A stretch of DNA of 64,000 nt. Source: Haliotis cracherodii (taxonomy: Eukaryota). Numbering within the stretch: the stretch's first letter is position 1; each line of letters opens with the position of its first letter. The translations under genes and the position numbers were made by a program. Under the pieces are notes generated by a model, which was given only the letters and a program-made list of their open reading frames with translations, did no database searches and was not told the DNA's origin. The DNA lies in the NCBI RefSeq assembly GCF_022045235.1, contig NW_027266275.1:26040001-26104000 (forward strand), in the 5' to 3' direction. Shown here one piece after another: positions 12,098 to 23,044 of this stretch.

Positions 12098-12259
12098 TGA
12101 GTGAGTTTGGCTTTGCGACGCTTTTAGCAATATTCCAGCAATATCACGGCGGGGGACACCGGAAATGGGCTTCACACATTGTACCCATAAGGGGAATCGA
12201 ACCCAGGTTTTCGGCGTGACGAACGAACGCTTTAACCACTAGGCTACCCCACCACCCCC
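12098..12259 (-). mobile_element. tRNA-Asp(GTC)-headed SINE
   Basis: A box TAGCCTAGTGG, anticodon-like TCGTCAC, B box GGTTCGATTCC, (ACTC)n tail, and a 13-bp TSD GTATGGTTTAGAG. Confidence 0.9.
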
Positions 12260-12489
12260 GTATGGTTTAGAGGCCGTTCACATGCGTTCACACGTTATAA
12301 TTTATCGGCCCATGGTTTTTTTGTAGTTGACTCAGCATATTTGATAAATGCTACTGAGCTTATGATGACACTCGGAGACATCAGTCCACAAGCAGAAACA
12401 AACTCACTTCAAATAAATAGAAAACGTCAACGCCAGAGTATAACCAGTCTAGTTGCAAAAGTCATATGCAAACTAGTAGTTCCCTGAAA

Positions 12490-12650
12490 GTCAATGAGGA
12501 CACCAGGTGTCGTCAACCTGTCCTGCTCTACCGGAAGAACCCGCCACTCACACAATTTGCATAGAAAGTAATGTTTATACTACGAAATAGTATCTCATGT
12601 GGCATTGATACAAATCAGATCTTTTTTGTCAGTCGAATCCCCGGATAGCC
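12490..12650 (-). mobile_element. Old Naiad-type 3' end
   Basis: Reverse complement TGGCGGGTTCTTCCGGTAGAGCAGG...ACACCTGGTGTC matches the 41950-42005 motif. Confidence 0.4.
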
Positions 12651-14020
12651 AAGGGCCAAACCTACAAAACACAAAATAAGAAGTTCATTGTAAAACTCAC
12701 GCTGCCACCTAGTCCTGAGCCATGACTGTGGAATATATATTTTTTAGGTATTTTTTTTTAACTAAAAGCCAAGACAAATCTAGATCAAACTAACCAAGTC
12801 CGGTTTGCTTATGAAAACAGCAGTATAGGAAAGGTTCTTTCGAAAAAAATGTTATTATTTTTGTTAATATTATTTTAAAGACATGTTTTCATTGACTAAG
12901 TGTAAGTCTAGCTGCCAACATCTGATACACGGATATTTAATGTGACGTTATCAAGTAATAGTAATATACTACTCGAAAAAGTTAAGGATCACCAGATTCA
13001 GTCCGATTTCTATAGTAAATCTTTCATGCCATCACATGTTAACTGGAGTAATATGATAGAATCGGGTGATCCTCGGCTTTTTACGAGTAGTATATTTATA
13101 CAATATCCTAGATCAAAATTCTTCAAATTCCTAGTGAGAGGTCATATTCATAACACCCAATGGTACCCCGCCGCCACCTTTGTAGTAATACACATGGTTC
13201 TAGATGGGTAATATTTCATAGTGCTAGGATACGGCTGTCACAATCTGATGGATCACTTTTTGCCTCTTAGTTCAACTTGTAAATAAAGCAGGGGTGTCTC
13301 ACTCACCTGCCAAAACAACAAAACACGGCGTAACGGCGACAGGGACGGCATCTCACATAACACCGGGTCGACGTCCTGGGCCAAGCATGGCCGTCTAGCG
13401 TGTGGGTACATACATTGGAGGGATTTAGGTGGTCTTCTTCATATCCACATTGGATTCGTATATTCAGGTTTGTGTATTACGCAAGGTGGATTATTCAGAC
13501 TGGTGTTATTTTATGCAATCGATGTAAGGTTAACTGTTGAATGGAAACGTCAGTTCAAAGGGTTTAATCCTAGTCCAACGCGGACAGAAAGACAGACAGT
13601 TTATTTAAGCCTTACCTTATGTACTGCAATAGCATGAACATGTTAAAACGTATGCATATGTACATAAGCCATTTTTGTAGAATTATGGGAAACTATAACA
13701 TATACATTTTATATACCTTTCTTCTCATGAAAATAAAAATACATAATGTTTAAAATATGTACGTGTAAAAATCTCCAAATATAGGACAGAGGACATATGA
13801 AATGTATTAAATCAATAATACAATAAAGCTCGACATAGAGAAAGACAAAAACATGGGAATTTCGCAACGTTAAAACACATTTCTACGTTGATAATGAGCA
13901 TTTTGTTTTGAAGGAGTGCATATACATGTATGTGAGCATGACCTATCGAAACACTTCCGACACAGCAGAGACTAAAGATAACCTGGCCCACCCCCGCTTA
14001 CCCCAGCACACCCGCCAACC

Positions 14021-14221
14021 TTGTTTTTTGGTTTTGTTTTGTTTGTTGTTTAACGCCGCACTCAGCAATATTCCAGCTATATGACGGCGGTCTGTGTAAA
14101 TAATCGAGTCTTGACCAGACAATCCAGTGATTAATAGCATGGGTACGATCCACGCAAATTGGGATCGATGACATACATCAACCAAGTCAGCGAGCTTGAC
14201 CACCCGATCCCGTTAGTCGCT
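14021..14221 (-). mobile_element. 5'-truncated RUDI-like SINE
   Basis: Family match. Confidence 0.85.
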
Positions 14222-15770
14222 TCATGTCATGTAACAGGACATATCTATGCTTAATTCCCCCACAAAGAAATTTCACCCTAGCGTGAAATATGTTTTTTGG
14301 TGGGGGTGAGGGTGGGGATGGGCGGGTTGTGGGTGGTAGGTGGTGGGGGTGGGGACAATCATAGTGAAATAAATGCGACAAGACCATTTCCATAATCATA
14401 GGAAATCTACTAAAAGCAGAGTCCATTGGAGTCTGAATATATCATAGGCACGTGAAGCAATTTTCACTCTGCGACCTGTTCAAACACAATCTTCGGTCGT
14501 GGGATGTATTCCTGTACACCATGCATTGCTTGAAGTATGTTTGTCCCTGTTCGAGCAGAACCTCATGTCTCTATTGATTATGAAAACTCTCACTTTAATG
14601 ATGTTGATAAAACATCCACGTAATTATGTCCAAACAGTCCACTAAACGCCTTTTCAGACCAAGGGTGTCTATAACTATTTCCTCACGTCTTTGAATCCAC
14701 ACCAACCACTAAATCTAAGCGTTAGTACAAATACGGGTATAAAAGCTACCACTCAATTATACGTGTCTACCCATAGCGGGGAGGTGATTTTGCCCACAAT
14801 TCCCCATTCAACCGGAAGCTGTCGATCAAATATTGGAAGAGGAAAGATCAACTGCGTAATCTATGGAGAGGGTCGCCCATTGTCTGAAGTCTGGGGTCCC
14901 CCATTGTTGGCAAGAATGTCGGTGGGGAGGTCCCATCGAGAACGTCTTGAAGGGCTAGGGCGACGTAATCGTTACGATATCGCAACTGTTACAACGATAG
15001 CCTCGACATTAAAATGGCTTTCGACTTTTAACCATTCCTTTGTATATTAAACCACTCTCGTTTCTCATATTAAGCTGAATTGACGATAGAATGTACCCAT
15101 TGAATTCCTCGGCCACAACAAATTATTCATTGTTCAGCCCGGAACAAGGGTAATCTTGGAGTTTGACAGCGATGCATTGGCACCACTGAAACCTCTTGCT
15201 TGATCCCTTCAAGTAGCCTGGCACATCAGGGAGCCACGCATGATGTTCAACAACGCCAAACGCCCACCCGAAAAACGAATTAACGTTTAAACGTATAGTC
15301 ATATTTGTTTTTCAAAGATGAATTCATGTACATAAGAACATGACACATGATACAGGCACATTCCCAAACAATAAATAGGTGCCTTAACAAATTCAGCAGT
15401 CTGAAATTTAATTATCTAAGTTGTTTGCCATAATTTAAGCTGATGTATCATTTATCGATGAAGCGAGTTTCGTAAAAGCCACACGCGAAAGGAATGTCGC
15501 TCAAGAACTGGCTGCTGTACCTGCTATTTCAGTATACTGAGATCACCTTTCCATATCGCTCTGCGGCTATTTAACAGTTTAAGTGTATTAGCACTGTATG
15601 AGTGGCATGTGCCAGTCACTTCTTAAATACGCACTCTTGAGTATAACAGCTACACAAGTGCACGTCATGTGCATTGTTTGGCATTCTTCCACAGTGGCAC
15701 AGCACTTAACGTGTTTACCTGCCCCTCGTTACACTGTTATTCTAGGCTGGGTCAACTCGCCCTGCACATT

Positions 15771-16276
15771 TAACACGTGCAAATTTACATCTGGGTGTCA
15801 GCATGTCCCGCGCATTTTACACGTGCAAATTTACATCTGGGTGTCAACATGTCCCGCGCATGAAACACGTGCAAATTTACACCTGGGTGTCAACAGGTTC
15901 TGCGCATGATACACGTGCACATCTACATTTGGACGTCATCATTCCCCGCGCATGAGTTTGTTTAGTGTTTAACGCCGCACTCAGCAATATTCCAGCTACA
16001 TGACGGCAGTCTGTAAATAATCGAGTCTGGACCAGACAATCCAGTGATTGACATCATAAACATCGATCCACGCAATTGGGATACGGTGGCATGCATCAAC
16101 CAAGGCAGCGAGCCTGATCACCAGATCCCGTTAGTCGCCTCTTACTACAAGCATATTCTCCCCGCGCTTGAAACACGTGCACACGTACACCTGGATGTCA
16201 ACATGTCCCGCGCATGAAACACGTGCACACGTACACCTGGATGTCAACATGTCCCGCGCATGAAACACGTGCACAC
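15771..16276. repeat. Minisatellite, 46-bp unit, interrupted by a SINE
   Basis: ACACGTGC recurs at 15773, 15819 and 15865 and resumes after 16170. Confidence 0.85.
15956..16154 (-). mobile_element. 5'-truncated RUDI-like SINE inserted in the 46-bp minisatellite
   Basis: Family match; CCCCGCGC(A/T)TGA on both sides. Confidence 0.85.
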
Positions 16277-16770
16277 TAATATTAAATATAAATGGCACAG
16301 TGTTAACCCTGCAAAACTACCTCGTTGACATAAATGTTTTGCCTAACGGGCTTGTTGACATTACGAATGGCAGTCTGGGCAGGGATCAGCCCTAATATCC
16401 GGCAAACACAATTCAGCTTGGATATCAGCCGACCAACGACCCTTGTATAATTGTATATGATATCTATGTAACTCAGCCTGGAGTCGCCTGGAGTCACCTG
16501 GAGTCGCCTGGAGTCAATGTTTCTGCTTAGTATTTACGTGGGACGACATATTTGTGTTGCGTGTACCGTTAATATGGATGTTATTGTTTGTAATCAGTAA
16601 CAGGTCGTGGACCACAGAACGAGGATTTGGGGGTGTTTGGGGGGTCCTGTTACTTCACAGTTATCAATATTCAAGCTGTTTCACAGCGGCATCTATTTGG
16701 TGGAATTTTGGCCGGGTGAACCTGTGGTTGTTAGCTTGAGCGACGATCCACGATCCACGTATAAGTCGGT

Positions 16771-17232
16771 ACCCATGAAGATCCGGGTTAGAATTGGTTT
16801 TTAGCAATCCATGCTTGCCGTATAACGGGATCGGGTAGTCAGGCTCGCTGACTTGGTTGATACATGTCATCGTATCCAATTTGCGTAGATCGATACTCAT
16901 GAAGCCGTTATATAGTTGGAATAATGCTGAGTGTGGCGTTAAACAAACAAACAAATAAACAAACAAACAAACAAACGTAGATCGGCTCCAGGGGATTCCT
17001 AACAATAATAAAGGTTCCCCGCGATCTTTGCTGGTCGTAAGAGGCGAGCGAATGCATCGGTGCACGTGGTCAGGCTCGGTGACTTGGTCATCATCAAAGG
17101 TGTCATCATTTGACCGCGTGGATCGTTGTTCACAATATCAATCACTGGATTGTCTGGTCAAGACTTGATTATTTACAGATCATCGTCATATAGCTGGAGT
17201 AGTGCTCAGTATTACGTCAAACAACACACGCA

Positions 17233-17260
<28 letters not shown>
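16771..17260 (+). mobile_element. Two adjacent RUDI-like SINE copies (one internally deleted, one diverged)
   Basis: Heads near 16771 and 16985; tails near 16940 and 17220. Confidence 0.75.
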
Positions 17261-17263
<3 letters not shown>

Positions 17264-17269
17264 CTTTAT

Positions 17270-17668
17270 GACAGGAACATATGGCACTGGCCGGAGCTGT
17301 AGACCTATTCGGCTCCTGGGGTAGGAACATGTGGCACTGACCGGAGCTGGGGACCTATTCGGCTCCTGGGGTAGGGGCATGTGGCACTGACCGGAGCGGG
17401 GGACCTATTCGCCTCCTGGGGTAGGGACATGTGGCACTGGCCAGAACGGGGGACCTATTCGACTCCTGGGGCAGGGACATGTGGCACTTGCCGGACCTGG
17501 GGACCTATTCGGCTCCTTGGGTAGAGGCATGTGGCACTGACCGGAGCGGGGGACCTATTCGGCTCCTTGGGTAGGTACATTTTGGCACTTGCCGGAGCTG
17601 GGGACCTATTCGGCTCCTTGGATAGGGACATGTGGCACTTGCCGGAGAGGGGAGCCCATTCGACTCCT
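17270..17668. repeat. GC-rich minisatellite, 50-bp unit
   Basis: GGACCTATTC at 17351, 17401, 17451 and 17501. Confidence 0.9.
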
Positions 17669-17689
17669 GACATTATTACCATGCATTTC

Positions 17690-19290
17690 ATGTAAGCAGT
17701 GTTCGACATACCTGCCCCTGACACCGTGTATCTACATATGTATACACTGCCTTTCATTCAGCTAAAGATGTTTTGGGACAGCAGTCTGAGCATTTATATG
17801 CTTCAGCTGTTTCTAACACTAGAAGGTTGTCATTGTTAATTGCTAGTTTGATTCATCATTTTAAACATATCCATAGGAAAGTATCATTTCATGTTAAAAA
17901 TATTTTAAGCATCAAAAGTGTTGCATTCCACTCGATTATCGCGATAGCTTTACATGATTGTCGATGAGATATCTCAATATATTGAAGATATGAAATATTG
18001 GTTCTCGAAATTAACTTTCTAAGACATCAAAGATTAAAAGCATTTCTCATATCAAACATTAATAGCTTACAAAATGACGGAAGACCCATTGTTTAACGAT
18101 TCATAATATGTTGTGGTCTTTCCCTGTCAATCGTGATTCTCATCCACACATTTTTTTGAATTTAAGAATTATCAATTCAGTCTCCTCCTCTGCAACATCA
18201 AAAATAATGTTTGAGTCAATATCGATATTCTTCAGCGCTTCAGAGCTACTCCGTGTTACTATGCCAACGTTACAATTCTTTGTGTGGACGTACCGTTCAG
18301 AGGCTTGGTGGCAGCAGTTAGGCGCAACAGACAACATTAAGATGAGTTAATGATCCGGAAAGGAAATTCAAAATCGCGAAGCATGGCCATAATTGATAGT
18401 GATACACCTATAATTTTGCACAATGGCTACACCCCGAATGGGCGACGCATGTCGACGGACGTTAGAAATGGGATTTGACAGTTGATTCTTAAAGATGAGG
18501 TGCTGACTTCCGGAGTCAAAGAAAAATGAAAAGATTAAGAAAAGTCACTGAAAGCGAACCACATTCTTATGTGAAGGGAGCTATCAGTACATGCATCTTG
18601 ATTAAGGTCATGGACAATTTAGCCTCGGTAACAAAGAGACCACAGTTGCTCCGGGTCGCCGAGAGTCACATGTTAAGAACGTCATTCAGTGGGACACTTG
18701 TGAATAGAATTACTACATGGTGATCGTTGATGTGTCCCTAGATACATGTATGTCCCTCTCAAAGTGAATTACAGCATTGACTGAGGACGTCCTTGTGCTA
18801 TTGTCTCATTTGGACAGGCATGTTCCGTGCCTGGGCAACTCATTTCCTTCTGAGGAACTGACTACGATGACCACGGGTCTATTAATGTCCGAGCTGGAGG
18901 CTTTGATTGTAGGTTACAGCTATATAAGGATATGAACCAGGGGTCAGGTATAATTGAAAGTCGTGAAGAGGTAAGGTATCCGTGTTTAGCTGATCGTTTC
19001 CTGTGATTCGAGGGCAGGTTTGTTTTTGGGAGAGCATCGGTTGACTAGCTCGGCTGCTTGGAGTTATTGGTTGGTTCTTTATAGGACTTAAATAAAACGA
19101 GGGTGATCGGTTCTGCTATTGTCCGTGTGTAACTCATGCATGGGGATGCATGTCAGCTCTCAATGGGAGTATCCACCCTTGTGTCCCACATTGACATATC
19201 AGGGTGTATTGCAGTTGTAATGGTTGTCGACATGAATCAAGAGCATTTATCGCATGTCAGTAAACGTACACTGTGTACACCTGTGGAATG
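17690..19290 (-). mobile_element. Highly decayed, internally deleted Penelope-like relic
   Basis: Minus-strand patches: LLTCDKC (GIY-YIG-like), NIIFDVAEEETELIILKF, and a 3' motif-like end near 17700-17730. Confidence 0.3.
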
Positions 19291-20359
19291 GGACATGGCT
19301 GGGACATGGCTGGGACATCGCTGGGACATGGCTGGGACATCGCTGTCAACAAACAGGGACCACAAAGTGACCTTATCCTACAATTGTCCTCCATAGTAAA
19401 GTAGGGGTGTAACGATTGTCTTACCACTAAAATTGAAATGTGAATTGTGAAACGGGGCCCAGGTCTGGTTTCAACATTCCTGGGTTTATTAACTTATGAA
19501 ATATGTTACTGGATTGGTTGCCAAGTCATAATGTACTTGACATTTCTGGTGACCCCCGCCGTGATATTGCTGGAATATTGCTAAAAACGGCGTAAAACCA
19601 TACTCACTCACTCATAATGTACGGGACTCCTCTCGTCCAGCATCAGAGGTAACCAAGAAGCCACAACATTCAAACATAAATGATAATTCTTGTGTCGAGT
19701 GGCTTTGCAAAACGAAATCTCGATTGACGAGTTAAATGTGCAGTTTATAACGAAACATTTTCGAGAGAATAACAAACGACAAGAAGCGATATTAACTCCA
19801 TAAATTACTATCTGTCATTATTTTGTCTTGTCAATATGGAACTAACGTAAAAGGGACGTCAACAGTTTGTCTACGGGCTAGGCACTTACGATGAAGGGAG
19901 ACAATTTGAGGGGAGGTAACTCTAGTATGACAATAGTTCCGTCAAAGTGTTATGTTCGCTGCAGTGAAATATCAAGTGTTATGTTCAGTGCACAAACTCA
20001 ATCTTTCACATATATAATACATATAATATATAATAATCTATAATATAAAATAATACATTGAATACCCATCTCTTTACTGATTCTTACATTATACAGCAAT
20101 ACAAGCAGTTCTTCCCGGGCCTGCTGTGGTCGTCTTCATCATTGCGTGATCCCAATTGATGTAGCCCCCAAAAGTGCTTTTAATCAGTTGTTTCAACAAG
20201 CGCTATACAGATGTCTAGTTATTACTATTTATAGATTAGTGGCGAGACAATGTAGGTAGGAAAGGACTTTATTTTAACAGTATATTATTTGATATTGGTA
20301 CTTAGATCAGAGTACTTTCTGCTGGACAGCTATGTGAATTCTAATAATCATTACAACTA

Positions 20360-21909
20360 TACTACTCAAAATTTGATAAGGATCGTAGATATTTTTCTGA
20401 ATAAAAAAACAAAATAACTGCATAACTGGCAATATTGTGTTCAAGTGAAATCAAAAACGTCTCCAACACACGTGCACGTGCATTTCATGCCATGGGAAAT
20501 GCGTTTCACATCACAGTTCATGCTTTTGCTACCATTGCACGATTTCCAATCAGGCAACGGTGTCTGATTCATTGTGAAACTGTAAACTCAATTGAGTGTT
20601 TACACTACGTTTATCTACGCAATGCCCCCTCAACGTGTAAGGCGTCGCCTGACGACAGAACAACTGGGCAGATGTATTGGAATGCTTGATGCTGGCTATT
20701 CACAACGTGACGTTGCCAATGCACTAAACGTCAGCCAGAGCGTTGTAAGGAGGGCCTGGTCCCGACAGCAAAATTTTGGTACAGCAGCACACCGACATGG
20801 GGGTGGTCGTCAGAGGTCGACAACCCAACGCCAAGATCATTTTGTGGCTCTTCAGGCACGACGCCATCCCTTCTGGACAGCAACCAGCCTACGTAACGAC
20901 CTCCTGAACGCCTCGGGGGTGAATGTGTCCACTCAGACGATACGGAATCGTCTTCACAATGCAGGTCTCTACTCGAGAAGGGCATGTGTCCGAATCCCCC
21001 TGACTGTTCGACACCGGCGGGAGCGATTGGAATGGGCTGAAGATCATGTCACTTGGACACGGAACGATTGGGTTCCAGTTCTGTTCACCGATGAGTCCAG
21101 GTATTGTTTGGACTTTACAGACAGGAGGCAGCGGGTGTGGCGACGACAACGTGAACGTTTCCATGATGCCAACATCAGTGAACATGACCGTTATGGTGGT
21201 GGTTCCATCATGGTCTGGGGTGGAATCAACAGAGATGGAAGGACAGATCTTCATGTCCTTGAGAGAGGAACAATGACGGGGGTGAGGTACCGGGATAAGA
21301 TCCTCGATGTGTACGTCAGACCCTACGCTGGTGCTGTTGGCCCTGTGTTCATCCTGATGGATGATAACGCCCGTCCTCATCGCGCCAGGGTGGTTGAGCA
21401 GTACCTTGAGCAGGAGACAATTGTCCGCATGGATTGGCCAGCGCGCTCGCCGGACTTGAACCCGATTGAGCATGTCTGGAACATGCTGCAGGTTGCCCTT
21501 TCACGCCGTAGAGCACAACCCACGACTTTGGCAGAGCTCGGACATGCCCTCGTGGAAGAGTGGAACAACCTTCCCATTGGGAACATCCGGGTGCTTATTG
21601 ACAGCATATCTCGACGTTGTCAGGCCGTCATTGATGCAAGGGGAGGTCATACTCGATATTGACACTTCATCGACTAAGTGTAATGATGGACTATCCCTCA
21701 TGACTGTGTAATTCTTTCTCTTGTTTGCTGTTAACATTTTTTAATGAAATGCCTTTTGGTGTTTGCAGATTTCAAACATTCCATATTGATACAAGTTCAT
21801 GCCGTTCATGAATTTTCATTCATGACATGATTAAACACGTTTCTGAGTCAGAGTCATGTCTTTTGTTATGTTTGTGGTAACTTACACACATATCAAATTT
21901 TGAGTAGTA
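20360..21909 (+). mobile_element. Complete Tc1-family DNA transposon
   Basis: Perfect 19-bp TIRs (TACTACTCAAAATTTGATA ... TATCAAATTTTGAGTAGTA) are flanked by TA at 20358-59 and 21910-11 and enclose an intact transposase ORF. Confidence 0.95.
20622..21662 (+). CDS. Tc1-like DD34E transposase, 346 aa from the first ATG
   Basis: Uninterrupted ORF with a paired-like HTH N-terminus, a GRPR-like linker (GGGRQR), FTDESR, MVWGGI, DDNARPH and WPARSPDLNPIEHVW. There are 34 residues between the second D and the E. Confidence 0.95.
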   Translation: MPPQRVRRRLTTEQLGRCIGMLDAGYSQRDVANALNVSQSVVRRAWSRQQNFGTAAHRHGGGRQRSTTQRQDHFVALQARRHPFWTATSLRNDLLNASGVNVSTQTIRNRLHNAGLYSRRACVRIPLTVRHRRERLEWAEDHVTWTRNDWVPVLFTDESRYCLDFTDRRQRVWRRQRERFHDANISEHDRYGGGSIMVWGGINRDGRTDLHVLERGTMTGVRYRDKILDVYVRPYAGAVGPVFILMDDNARPHRARVVEQYLEQETIVRMDWPARSPDLNPIEHVWNMLQVALSRRRAQPTTLAELGHALVEEWNNLPIGNIRVLIDSISRRCQAVIDARGGHTRY

Positions 21910-23044
21910 TATTACAAAATAATACAGAAGAACATTATTAACGTTCTGTAGAATCGGATGACTAGTACAAGAAAACATTCGTCACAAAGCGACCGTAAAA
22001 AAAACAAGTACTGTATGTAGAGCCAGTTGTCATGGCTGGGAATACGGTATGGGAAGAATTCCACAGAATAGATAGAGAACAGTTGGTAAAGTAGAGTGTG
22101 GAGCGAGTCCAGGGTAAGTACTTGGGTCGTCGTGTAGGAGGATGGTACAGATATGTATCCCAGGTACTGGAAGGTACTCTAAACAAAATCGGACTTTCCT
22201 ACCCCCTGTCTGTGACATCACTTCCGGTGACCTATGCACTTACTGACACATTGCTGTCAGATTTCACGATCTATTATCTCTATTATCGTTTTTCTCTCGT
22301 CACTAATGTATGCCAAGACGAGTCTATTACACAACGCCCGTAAACGGTGTCCTGCGCAGACTAGCGTAGTCTTTTTTTATAATCTAGTTAAAATAAAATA
22401 TAATACTTATATTATACAGTCATGGAGAGACCTAGCAATATGTCAGCATCTGTCGCCACACACGGACGATATCCTACCCCTGACTGTCATTGAGACTACG
22501 TAAAATACATGACAGATATATCCCCACGTCCTAACGGTCTGTGGGAAGTACATGCATGTACGCTTGGTAAGAAACTACAGTAATTTATTACCTACCAAAC
22601 AGTAATGGCACAATAGATAGACACAAAATGAGTGAACATTATTTCCAGATGGACATTCCAGCTACCTGTTGGTTAAATGACGTAGATCTGAGTGATGGTA
22701 TTGATAAGCGGCACATAAACATTCGCCAGGTGTTAGTTCTCTCACGCCTCAGATCAGTGCCTGATATGACTGTATGATTCTCCGAGTCCGTAGACAAGCA
22801 ACGGGCACCTGGCTCCTTGAAAAGCTGGAGTCCATCAGTGACGTTAAAGCCTTATGATGCATACAAATGTACTGGAATAAAGGAACAGATGATACGATTG
22901 TGTATAGCGAGGATCGACAATTCGCGTAGTAGGGGATGATCCATGAGAAGACCACTTTAATTTAGTAATGGGGTTTCAAATTATGTTTGTATGTGTTCAA
23001 AACGTGATGCTGATGCGAGAAGCTTTATCGGGTGGACATGCGCT

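Noticed and set aside
14380-15270. Possible L1/Tx1-like LINE relic (also 5230-5650 and 55370-55700)
   Set aside because: Only faint motif echoes are visible, too degenerate to call by eye.
18140-18337. Transib/RAG1-like transposase reading of ILKFKKMCG
   Set aside because: The WGxDG catalytic motif is absent, and the surrounding patches fit a retroelement relic better.
20731-21737. ORFs overlapping the transposase in other frames and on the opposite strand
   Set aside because: These are shadow ORFs of GC-rich coding sequence.
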